Shown here: one piece after another, positions 56,526 to 64,000 of the stretch | How the letters are laid out: each line of letters starts with the position of its first letter | How positions within the stretch are numbered: the first letter of the stretch is position 1 | Translations under genes and position numbers: made by a program | Source: Paracoccaceae bacterium | Lineage (GTDB): Bacteria > Pseudomonadota > Alphaproteobacteria > Rhodobacterales > Rhodobacteraceae | Assembly (NCBI GenBank): GCA_028097405.1 | Contig: JAOHEK010000014.1 | Coordinates: 2,147 to 66,146, forward strand | Direction of reading: 5' to 3' | Length of the DNA: 64,000 nt | Notes under the pieces: generated by a model | Seen by the model: the letters and a program-made list of their open reading frames with translations, nothing else | Told to the model about the DNA's origin: nothing | Databases searched by the model: none

Positions 56526-57269
56526 ATGACACAAGCTCGTTACCATGCCCGGATCGCTGCAACCTCAGAAGATCTAGAGGCTGTGCAGGCTTTGCGGTAT
56601 CAAGCCTTTATCGCCGACGGCGGTGATACGGGCCACCTTGATGGGCGCGACCGGGACGCTTTCGACGATCGATGCACGCATATTCTGGTGGAGTGCGCTG
56701 TCGATGACCGGGTGGTTGCGACTTTTCGGTTGCTGCCCCTAGGCTCTGGCGCCGAGATCGGAAAAAGCTATTCGGCCCAGTTTTACGAACTGCATGGACT
56801 TCGGGAATTTGCCCGCCCGATGGTAGAAATGGGCCGGTTTTGCGTCGCCCCCGGCGAAACCGATCCCGACATCCTACGCACCGCTTGGGGCGCGCTAGCG
56901 GCATATGTTGACCGCGAGGGGGTCGAGATGCTGTTTGGTTGTTCTTCGTTCCACGGCACCGATGCCCAAGCCTACGCGGATGCGTTTGCCATGTTGCGCG
57001 ATCAACATCTGGCTCCGAAACGCTGGTTGCCGCGCATCAAAGCGCCAAAGGTGTTTCGTTTTGCGCAGAGGTCGCGGCGCAAGCCGGATCGGAAAACCGC
57101 GTTGAAAACCATGCCGCCTTTGCTGCGCAGTTATCTGTCCTTGGGGGGCTGGGTGTCGGATCATGCGGTTGTCGATCCTGATCTGAATACCTTGCATGTG
57201 TTCACCGGCCTCGAAATCCGCACCATTCCGCCGGGACGTGCGCGCGTGTTGCGTGCTGTTGCGCTTTAG
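56526..57269 (+). CDS. OlsB/GlsB-family aminolipid N-acyltransferase (Acetyltransf_5 GNAT)
   Basis: YHARIAATSEDLEAVQALRYQAFI...DAFDDRCTHILV... follows the OlsB-like N-acyl amino acid synthase pattern. There is no adjacent olsA/plsC-like partner. Confidence 0.55.
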   Translation: MTQARYHARIAATSEDLEAVQALRYQAFIADGGDTGHLDGRDRDAFDDRCTHILVECAVDDRVVATFRLLPLGSGAEIGKSYSAQFYELHGLREFARPMVEMGRFCVAPGETDPDILRTAWGALAAYVDREGVEMLFGCSSFHGTDAQAYADAFAMLRDQHLAPKRWLPRIKAPKVFRFAQRSRRKPDRKTALKTMPPLLRSYLSLGGWVSDHAVVDPDLNTLHVFTGLEIRTIPPGRARVLRAVAL

Positions 57270-57310
57270 CACGGCTTGACGCCGGGACGGCCCCGGCATA
57301 GCCCGCAGCC

Positions 57311-59110
57311 ATGGCACGTGCTCCTCTTTTACAACTGACCGATATCGCGCTGACTTTTGGCGGTGATCCGGTGTTTCATGACCTGTCGCTTGGCATCCAA
57401 CCGGGCGACCGTTTGGCCTTGGTTGGGCGTAACGGTTCCGGAAAATCCACACTTCTCAAGGTGATGGCGGGGCTTGTTGAAGCGGATGCAGGTACCCGCA
57501 TTCTGTCGCCTGGCGATAGCGTCGGCTATATGGAGCAAGAACCTGTCATGGAGGGCTCGGAAACGCTGGGCGATTTCGCGATCCGGGAGTTGGACGATGG
57601 CGAGATGTGGCGGGTTCAAACGGTGGCGGAAGGGCTGAAGTTCAACATTGACACAAAGGTCGCGGCTGCCTCGGGCGGTGAACGCAGGCGGGCGGCCCTA
57701 GCAAAACTGATCGCGGAAGCCCCCGATCTGATGTTGCTGGACGAGCCGACAAACCATCTGGACATCGAGGCCATCACTTGGTTGGAAGATCATCTGAAAA
57801 GCACGCGGCAAGCCTTTGTCGTGATCAGCCACGACCGGGCCTTTTTGCGTGCGCTGTCAAAAGCCACGCTTTGGATTGATCGGGGCGATGTGCGCCGTCG
57901 CGAGGGCGGTTTCGCCGGGTTCGAGGATTGGCGCGACCAGACTTGGGCCGAAGAAGACGATGCGCGCCACAAGTTGAACCGCAAGATCAAAGCCGAAGCC
58001 CGCTGGGCTGTTGAAGGCATCAGTGCGCGGCGAAAACGTAATCAAGGGCGCGTGCGCGCCTTGCAGGAATTGCGGGCCGAGCGTTCGGCCCAGATCAAAC
58101 GCGAAGGTACGGCGGCGATGGCGCTGTCTTCGGGGCCGAAATCTGGGCGACGGGTGATGGAAGCCAAAGGATTTTCAAAGGTTTATGGCGAAAAGGTCAT
58201 CTGCGACGATTTCTCGCTTAGGGTGATGCGCGGCGACCGGGTGGCCTTTGTCGGCCCCAATGGTGTTGGCAAAACCACGATGATCGAAATGCTGACGGGG
58301 CAAACTCTGCCCGACGCTGGCACGCTGACCCTTGGCACCAATCTTGAGGTCGCGGTTTTTGATCAGCGCCGCGCAGCCCTTGATCCCGATGCCACGCTTT
58401 GGGAAAGCCTAACGAACGACAAGGATATGGGCGCTTCGGGGCGGTCGGATCAGATCATGGTGCGGGGCGAGCCTCGGCATGTGGTTGGATATCTGAAGGA
58501 TTTCCTGTTCGCCGAAGCGCAGGCACGTGCGCCGGTGCGCTCGCTCTCGGGTGGGGAAAAGGCGCGGCTGCTTTTGGCGCGGATCATGGCGAAACCGTCG
58601 AATGTTCTGGTCTTGGACGAACCCACCAACGATCTGGACATCGAAACGCTGGATCTGCTTCAAGACATTTTGGGCGAGTACGACGGTACGGTTTTGCTGG
58701 TCAGCCACGACCGGGATTTTCTGGACCGGGTCGCGACCACGACGATTGCTTTCGAAGGCCAAGGGCGGTTGACGGTTCACGCGGGCGGTTGGTCAGATTA
58801 TTTGCCGAAACGCCAGTTGCTGACTGATGGGCCTGAGAAAATGGCGCACAAGGCTGGATCGGACAAACCGGCGGCACAGGAAAAGGTCTCAACCCTAAGC
58901 TTCACCGAAAAGCATCGTTTAGAAGCGTTGCCCAGGGAAATCGAACGTCTGGAAGCCGAGATCGCGAAACTTGCAGCCCTTATGTCGGACCCAGAGTTGT
59001 ACAGCCGCGAACCAGCAAAATTTCAGAAAGCCACCGATGCTTTGGCGGAACGTCAAGCCAAGCTGACGGCGGCCGAAGAGGAATGGATGAAACTGGAAGA
59101 CAAGGCTTAG
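57311..59110 (+). CDS. ABC-F family ATPase (Uup-like, two ABC domains plus a C-terminal coiled coil)
   Basis: Two Walker A motifs (GRNGSGKST and GPNGVGKTT), two signature motifs (SGGERRR and SGGEKAR), no transmembrane domain, and a C-terminal coiled coil. Confidence 0.85.
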   Translation: MARAPLLQLTDIALTFGGDPVFHDLSLGIQPGDRLALVGRNGSGKSTLLKVMAGLVEADAGTRILSPGDSVGYMEQEPVMEGSETLGDFAIRELDDGEMWRVQTVAEGLKFNIDTKVAAASGGERRRAALAKLIAEAPDLMLLDEPTNHLDIEAITWLEDHLKSTRQAFVVISHDRAFLRALSKATLWIDRGDVRRREGGFAGFEDWRDQTWAEEDDARHKLNRKIKAEARWAVEGISARRKRNQGRVRALQELRAERSAQIKREGTAAMALSSGPKSGRRVMEAKGFSKVYGEKVICDDFSLRVMRGDRVAFVGPNGVGKTTMIEMLTGQTLPDAGTLTLGTNLEVAVFDQRRAALDPDATLWESLTNDKDMGASGRSDQIMVRGEPRHVVGYLKDFLFAEAQARAPVRSLSGGEKARLLLARIMAKPSNVLVLDEPTNDLDIETLDLLQDILGEYDGTVLLVSHDRDFLDRVATTTIAFEGQGRLTVHAGGWSDYLPKRQLLTDGPEKMAHKAGSDKPAAQEKVSTLSFTEKHRLEALPREIERLEAEIAKLAALMSDPELYSREPAKFQKATDALAERQAKLTAAEEEWMKLEDKA

Positions 59111-59700
59111 GCCGTCGGGTGCAGCACTGGTTTGTACCCGGCGTTCAAAGCGGCAAGGGATGTGACGGGCGTCAAGACTGTGACACTGCCTTGGATGCGC
59201 GGCTGCGGTGCGCCGTATCCGTTGGCTGTGACAGGTTTCAGCGCATCGCCCACCACCATCTTTGGCACGCCATCGAAAATGATTGCACCGTCCGGTAGCG
59301 TGTCTGCTTCCGCAAGATGGCGCTTTTGGCGAAATGTCAGCGCTTCGGCACGTTCTTTGTGCATCTTCGCATCCATATCTTTTGCCGCACCCTGCATTCC
59401 TGCCGCCGCGCGATAGTCAGTGTAATCGCTATGGCGGCACATCGCGCAAGGTCTGTGGCCGGCGGCGAGGGCGACCGCTTCGTCCAGAAAAAATAATTCC
59501 GTATATGCCCCCGGCGACATGACCGTCCGGTGCCAATCGCGATGCTTCAATACGCATGTGACCCAAGCTTTGTGCTTCCAGCGCGCGCGCGCCAAGGCTT
59601 GGTTGCCGTCGTGCAAAATGCCGCGGTTGCCCATGAACAGCCCACGCGCGGAGGCCGCCACGATATCTCCGGTGGCCAGAACTCGGTTTTGCAAGGGCAT
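59107..59700 (-). CDS. Hypothetical protein with an Ada-like AAGHRPCxxCR motif
   Basis: 197 aa. ELFFLDEAVALAAGHRPCAMCR resembles the C-terminal end of the Ada zinc-binding domain (AGFRPCKRCRP). No confident family call otherwise. Confidence 0.4.
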   Translation of the reverse strand: MPLQNRVLATGDIVAASARGLFMGNRGILHDGNQALARARWKHKAWVTCVLKHRDWHRTVMSPGAYTELFFLDEAVALAAGHRPCAMCRHSDYTDYRAAAGMQGAAKDMDAKMHKERAEALTFRQKRHLAEADTLPDGAIIFDGVPKMVVGDALKPVTANGYGAPQPRIQGSVTVLTPVTSLAALNAGYKPVLHPTA

Positions 59701-59706
59701 GAGGTT

Positions 59707-60081
59707 TTAGGCCCGGTCGCCGCGCGAAAAGGCGCGGACTTGGACGTCTGTCGTTTCAAAAGCCTTCGAAAGCACATCGACCACAGCCCAAGGATCGGCC
59801 TTGCCGCACATAAAGGCGTCAAAGGCCGCGAACCCAAGTTCGGGCCATGTATGAACGGAAATGTGACTTTCGGCCAGCATGGCAACACCTGTGACACCTT
59901 GCGGCGCGAATTGGTGCAGATGAATGCCTAAAAGTGTGGCCCCCGAGGCGGCAACGGCATCACGAAGCGCGGTTTCCACACGTCGCTTGTCGTCCAAGCC
60001 TTGCCCGCCCGAGACGTCGATAATCAAATGGGTGCCCAGACCTTTCGCGGTCGGGGCGGGGGTGATGTCGGCTCCATCCAT
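59707..60081 (-). CDS. speD: S-adenosylmethionine decarboxylase proenzyme (small bacterial class)
   Basis: LAESHISVHTWPE is the self-processing (Glu-Ser) site. Confidence 0.8.
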   Translation of the reverse strand: MDGADITPAPTAKGLGTHLIIDVSGGQGLDDKRRVETALRDAVAASGATLLGIHLHQFAPQGVTGVAMLAESHISVHTWPELGFAAFDAFMCGKADPWAVVDVLSKAFETTDVQVRAFSRGDRA

Positions 60082-60146
60082 GCTTTGACCTTTGTCAGCA
60101 GCGGTGCCGAACTATTGCGTCAGAGCGTTCCAGATGTCGATGGGGC

Positions 60147-60332
60147 TTAGGCCGAGGCCTGATCGTGATCCGCGTCCGAAGGGCCTTGAGCGATCAGTTT
60201 AACCGCGACTGCGGTCACCGACAAAGCAACGAGGACGGGGAATATGCCGCCAAAGCCATAAAAAATTGCGGCCAAGGCAATTCCGAAAGCGAAGAACAGC
60301 AAAAAGACGCTGGTTATCATTTGATTCACCAT
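60147..60332 (-). CDS. Hypothetical small membrane protein (two predicted transmembrane helices)
   Basis: 61 aa and hydrophobic (ITSVFLLFFAFGIALAAIFYGFGGIFPVLVALSVTAVAV). There is no clear Shine-Dalgarno motif. Confidence 0.3.
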   Translation of the reverse strand: MVNQMITSVFLLFFAFGIALAAIFYGFGGIFPVLVALSVTAVAVKLIAQGPSDADHDQASA

Positions 60333-60340
60333 AAGTTAGA

Positions 60341-60364
60341 ACTTGTTACAATACTTGTTACAAT
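60341..60364 (+). repeat. Perfect tandem direct repeat (2 x ACTTGTTACAAT), each unit containing the palindrome TTGT-N-ACAA
   Basis: Read directly: 60341-60352 and 60353-60364 are identical 12-mers. Confidence 0.9.
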
Positions 60365-60589
60365 TTTTAATATACCCGCGATTCTTCACTTGCTCGGCAA
60401 GATTCAGTGTGGATGCCGTGATTTTTTCGTGATGTGTTGCAGCAAATGTGCAGGATTTGCGTGAGGTACTATAATACCATAATTTTAAAGCATTGATTTA
60501 TAATGATAAAACTGAATATTGTGCGCTTGACCACGCGCACAAAACCGTTAAAACGCCATAATCTTACGTACCCCCAAAGGGCAAATATC

Positions 60590-61048
60590 ATGAAAACGTT
60601 CACCGCAACTCCGGCGAACATCGAAAAGAAATGGATTCTGATCGACGCTGAAGGCGTTGTTCTGGGCCGTCTTGCTTCGATTGTCGCCATGCGCCTGCGT
60701 GGCAAGCACAAAGCGACGTTCACGCCGCATATGGACATGGGTGACAATGTAATTGTCATCAATGCCGACAAGATCCAGCTGACCGGGAAGAAGCGCGACA
60801 AGCCAAATTATTGGCATACGGGTTATCCGGGCGGCATCAAATCACGCACCACAGGTCAAATCCTGGAAGGTGCACACCCCGAGCGGGTGGTCATGCAAGC
60901 CGTCAAGCGGATGCTGCCGGGCAACAAGCTCAGCCGTAGCGTGATGACCAACTTGCGCGTATACGCCGGGGCCGAACATGGCCACGAGGCGCAGAAACCC
61001 GATGTTCTGGATGTTGCATCCATGAACAAGAAAAACACGCGGAGCTGA
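60590..61048 (+). CDS. rplM: 50S ribosomal protein L13
   Basis: [30 protein letters not shown]. Start trimmed to the ATG at 60590. Confidence 0.9.
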   Translation: MKTFTATPANIEKKWILIDAEGVVLGRLASIVAMRLRGKHKATFTPHMDMGDNVIVINADKIQLTGKKRDKPNYWHTGYPGGIKSRTTGQILEGAHPERVVMQAVKRMLPGNKLSRSVMTNLRVYAGAEHGHEAQKPDVLDVASMNKKNTRS

Positions 61049-61052
61049 GCCC

Positions 61053-61565
61053 ATGGCAGATGACATCAAGACGCTCGACGACCTGAAAGAGGTTGTAGGC
61101 GAAGTCGAAGCGGCACCCGTCGAAACAGCCGCTCCGGTCACCGAAACTGTTGTGACAGTCGAGCCTAAGCGCGACGCGCTGGGTCGGTCCTATGCGACGG
61201 GCAAGCGGAAGGATGCGGTTGCCCGCGTCTGGATCAAGCCCGGGTCCGGCAAAGTGACGGTGAACGGCAAGGACATGCCCGAATATTTCGCACGTCCCGT
61301 TTTGCAGATGATCCTGCGCCAGCCCTTCACGGTTGCAGGCGTTGGTGGTCAGTTCGACGTTATGGCAACGGTTAAAGGCGGCGGACTTTCGGGTCAGGCC
61401 GGTGCGGTCAAGCACGGCATTTCGAAAGCGCTTCAGCTTTACGATCCGTCGTTGCGCGGTGCCTTGAAAGCCGCAGGCTTCCTGACACGCGACAGTCGCG
61501 TGGTTGAGCGGAAGAAATACGGTAAGGCCAAAGCGCGTAAGAGCTTCCAGTTCTCTAAGCGCTAA
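61053..61565 (+). CDS. rpsI: 30S ribosomal protein S9 (with an acidic N-terminal extension)
   Basis: The C-terminus [19 protein letters not shown]...[27 protein letters not shown]. Confidence 0.9.
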   Translation: MADDIKTLDDLKEVVGEVEAAPVETAAPVTETVVTVEPKRDALGRSYATGKRKDAVARVWIKPGSGKVTVNGKDMPEYFARPVLQMILRQPFTVAGVGGQFDVMATVKGGGLSGQAGAVKHGISKALQLYDPSLRGALKAAGFLTRDSRVVERKKYGKAKARKSFQFSKR

Positions 61566-61597
61566 CTACGAACGAGTATATTACTCAACAATTACAA

Positions 61598-61626
61598 AGG
61601 GCTGCATGTTTTGCAGCCCTTTTTTC
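61598..61626 (+). terminator. Rho-independent terminator of rplM-rpsI
   Basis: AGGGCTGCA-TGTTT-TGCAGCCCT is a perfect 9-bp stem followed by TTTTT. Confidence 0.75.
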
Positions 61627-61708
61627 ATGCGTAGCAGTATTGTAGCAGCGCACTGAATTCATTGACGTATTGATTTAGCGAAATTAGCATAACGATAGCG
61701 TTTGAGGC

Positions 61709-62233
61709 ATGTTTGGAGCATTAGAGCTGGCACGTAACTTTAAAACACAGCTGGCGGGGCAGATTGGTGAAAGCTTGGTTGTTGCTGAGCTAGGTAGGCG
61801 TGGGATTGTTGCTACTGCTTTTGCGGGCAACGTGCCTGACATAGATATTTTGGCATATGCCAACGACACGACTGTGCACTTGCAGGTCAAAGCATGGCGC
61901 ACTGGTTCTGTTCACTTCAACGCAACGCGTTTCATACACATTGATTTTGAAGGTGATCGCCAAATTGTGCGTGGCTTGGACGACGCGCTGGATGGTGAGC
62001 TGGTTTACGTTTTCGTAAAGATTGGCGACGGGGCTGGACAAGACAAATATTTCATACTGCTACAGCGCGAGCTGCAGGCGATAGTGTTACAGAACTATAG
62101 CGCGTGGTTGGACAAGCATAACGGTGTCCGCCCTCGCAACCCTCAAACCACACATTGCGCAATCGAAATGACATCGCTGGCGCAGTTTGAGAACAACTGG
62201 GGTTTGATAGAACAGCGTTGTGGGATGAGCTGA
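61709..62233 (+). CDS. Hypothetical protein with a PD-(D/E)xK nuclease-like N-terminal motif
   Basis: GESLVVAELGRRGIVATAFAGNVPDIDILAY...VHLQVKAW follows the pattern G..GE...L...G, then D.D, then QVK. That pattern is seen in Hjc/DUF4365-type restriction-endonuclease-fold proteins. Confidence 0.4.
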   Translation: MFGALELARNFKTQLAGQIGESLVVAELGRRGIVATAFAGNVPDIDILAYANDTTVHLQVKAWRTGSVHFNATRFIHIDFEGDRQIVRGLDDALDGELVYVFVKIGDGAGQDKYFILLQRELQAIVLQNYSAWLDKHNGVRPRNPQTTHCAIEMTSLAQFENNWGLIEQRCGMS

Positions 62234-62234
62234 C

Positions 62235-63737
62235 GTGGCGTTTTACCTGAACAAGCGGGAACACTATGGCGGCGCGCTTGTGCTGTTTCAACGCAATCTT
62301 GCAGTTGCTGTGCCAAACTCCAAAACCCACCGTCAGCCAAACTGGTATATGCGGCTGAAGATAGGCGGGCGCAAAGGCTACGTGACGCGCAGCACGAAGC
62401 TGACTGTTTACGAAGATGCATACGAGTATGCGAAGAGCGAGTTGCTACGTTTGCAACAGGCTACGCGGCTTGGGCACAGCTTGGATGAATACACTTTTGA
62501 GAAGCACTGGAATGATTGGTATGAGCGCAACTTGCGCAATGGCACGTGGGCAAATGACCGTGCGCGTTGGCACAAAATGTATTTCAACCGCTATTTCAAA
62601 GACTACTTTTCAAACAGCGACAGCAGTTCAATGCTGCTCAACGATATAACCTCGCAGTATGCAGCTGGGTATTGGGATTGGCGCAAAAGCTACTGGAGCA
62701 CTGAGAACGCTGCGCGGCTGCAAAGCTACAATCCAAAACGACGTGGTGCGAAAACACGCGGCACTGCAAACGCTAAGAAACTGCCAGCTTTAAAGACGCT
62801 GCAGATGGAGCAAAGCGCGCTTAACCAGATTTTCTACGATGCAATGGAACACGGGCGTATGCAGCAAATCGTTAAGCTGCGCGTTGCTGCAAAAGGGCAA
62901 ACGCCAAGCAGGCGTGCTGGATTTGATACTGGCAGCGAGTATGCGGTGCTGGTGCGAAACTTGCGCAGTTACAGGGATTGCGTGGGGCGCTTTGCGAGCG
63001 AGGGGCTGAACGCTTGGCACAAGCTGCACCGTGCGCAGCTATCCTACTTTATCATGTTCTTGCTGCACAGCGGCTTGCGTGTTGGAGAAGCGCGGCAAAT
63101 GCGTTGGAGCGATGTGAAGCTGGATGAAGAAGTTGAAGGCGAAGATGAGCGCATTGAGGAAGTGCGTGTAAGTAAGGCAACGAAGAAGGGACAGGCGCGG
63201 TTTGTGCAGACACAGCCAGGCGCAAACAAGGCACTGAAGGAGTGGCGGAAAATATCGCCACACACGGCAAAAAACGACTGGGTTTGGTTTGGGCAGCAGC
63301 ACGATGCTGATGGCAAAGCTACGCAGATTGGCGATTTAAACAAAAGCTTCCAGCAGTATCTGCGTGCCATTGAGTTTGACGACAGGCAAGACGGCTTGCT
63401 TTACGACAGGGACGGCGACAGGCGCAGCTTGTATAGCTTGCGGCACACTTACGCGACGCAGCGTTTGGAGAAGGGCGACGTGAGCGTATACGACTTGAGT
63501 ATAAACATGGGCTGTAAGGTGAAGCAGATTGAAACGCATTACAGCCATGTCGTCTCAAAGCAGCGCAGGCAGCAGATTACACGGACGAACAGGAAGAAGA
63601 AGGCAGGCGATGCAGCAGATAGTGCTGCTATGCAGGACGACGTGTTTATGGCTGAGGCAATGCGCCGTTACAAAGCTGGCGAACTCAGTGACGACGCGTT
63701 TTTGGCGTTAGCAAAATCTGGCAACGCAGTTAGCTGA
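62235..63737 (+). CDS. Tyrosine-type site-specific recombinase/integrase
   Basis: The catalytic signature reads LRVGEARQMRWSDV (Arg), LYSLRHTYATQRL (HxxR) and IETHYSHV (His and Tyr). The long N-terminal arm/core-binding region includes WYMRLKIGGRKGYVTRSTK. The start is GTG 62235. Confidence 0.8.
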   Translation: MAFYLNKREHYGGALVLFQRNLAVAVPNSKTHRQPNWYMRLKIGGRKGYVTRSTKLTVYEDAYEYAKSELLRLQQATRLGHSLDEYTFEKHWNDWYERNLRNGTWANDRARWHKMYFNRYFKDYFSNSDSSSMLLNDITSQYAAGYWDWRKSYWSTENAARLQSYNPKRRGAKTRGTANAKKLPALKTLQMEQSALNQIFYDAMEHGRMQQIVKLRVAAKGQTPSRRAGFDTGSEYAVLVRNLRSYRDCVGRFASEGLNAWHKLHRAQLSYFIMFLLHSGLRVGEARQMRWSDVKLDEEVEGEDERIEEVRVSKATKKGQARFVQTQPGANKALKEWRKISPHTAKNDWVWFGQQHDADGKATQIGDLNKSFQQYLRAIEFDDRQDGLLYDRDGDRRSLYSLRHTYATQRLEKGDVSVYDLSINMGCKVKQIETHYSHVVSKQRRQQITRTNRKKKAGDAADSAAMQDDVFMAEAMRRYKAGELSDDAFLALAKSGNAVS

Positions 63738-63936
63738 TGAGTTCAATTGCGTTCCGCAGGCTGCTCTCGTTGCAGTCAATGTATCGCTGGGTCTTGCTGA
63801 TATCCGTGTGCCGCGCAAGTTCTGGTAACACTTGCACGTTTCCGCCTTTGTCTGCAAACCCTGTCAATAACTGTCACCTGCCGCAGTGACTTTGACGCCT
63901 GCGAGCGACGAACGTCAGATCCCAGATGGCAGGTTA
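63730..63936 (-). pseudogene. Decayed C-terminal remnant of a second tyrosine recombinase
   Basis: My own translation of the minus strand is ...SHCGR*QLLTGFADKGGNVQVLPELARHTDISKTQRYIDCNESSLRNAIELIS*. It shows the LxxHxxxxxTxxY catalytic-Tyr box. It has an in-frame TGA at 63876-63874 and a further stop at 63936-63934. Its 3' end overlaps the integrase stop by 8 nt. Confidence 0.45.
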
Positions 63937-64000
63937 TCAAGTGGGGGCACATGCACTCTCGGGTTTGTTGCCAATCGCTAAATTTTCGGCGATGCTACAA

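Larger units (their letters stand above)
61627..64000. mobile_element. Left edge of a putative integrative island (continues past the window end)
   Basis: There is an abrupt switch, by eye, to lower GC and different codon usage right after the rpsI terminator. The region contains a PD-(D/E)xK-like gene, a 500-aa tyrosine recombinase, and a decayed second recombinase. Confidence 0.45.

Noticed and set aside
1-64000. A scan for CRISPR arrays, IS elements with terminal inverted repeats, rRNA genes and toxin-antitoxin pairs.
   Set aside because: By eye I found no regularly spaced repeat array, no transposase-like ORF, no rRNA-like sequence and no small two-gene TA-type cassette. The only tandem DNA repeat found is the 2 x 12-mer at 60341-60364. 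A computational repeat search would be needed to exclude dispersed short repeats.

Overview
This is a chromosomal segment from a high-GC alphaproteobacterium. Gene content points to a Rhodobacterales / roseobacter-group organism. Most of the window is conserved housekeeping: tatABC, fabD-fabG-acpP-fabF, mltG, cysE-cysK, pdhABC, ftsB, erpA, dgt, argS, nagZ, scpAB, dcd, tRNA-Pro, ihfA, fabH-plsX-rpmF-yceD, bamE, msrB, an ABC-F ATPase, speD and rplM-rpsI.

Five things stand out against that background:
1. A complete RcGTA-type gene transfer agent head-tail cluster (about 13.1-27.7 kb).
2. A circularly permuted two-piece tmRNA gene that the ORF track cannot show (about 4.73-5.1 kb), next to an alpha-type sspB.
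3. A dmdA-acuI (DMSP demethylation) pair.
4. An accessory amino-acid-modifying cluster at 35.9-42.3 kb: PhyH-type dioxygenase, PLP decarboxylase, AcnX, FemAB-like GNAT and a class IV aminotransferase.
5. The left edge of an integrase-bearing island immediately after the rpsI terminator (61.6 kb to the window end), which is truncated by the window.

Smaller oddities:
- A membrane PilZ receptor is wedged between acpP and fabF.
- Two small ORFs are translationally coupled inside or behind the pdh operon.
- Two cupin genes sit in tandem.
- A perfect tandem 12-mer lies in front of rplM.
- A 48-codon ORF falls below the ORF-track cutoff.

I do not see a clear-cut, self-contained novel multi-gene system such as a defence or CRISPR locus. 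The best candidates for something undescribed are the island edge, the 35.9-42.3 kb cluster and the small coupled ORFs. All functional calls come from my reading of the translated ORFs and recall of protein families; no database search was run. Many ORF-track starts were trimmed to the first start codon that has a Shine-Dalgarno-like motif and a family-typical N-terminus. GC statements are by eye only.
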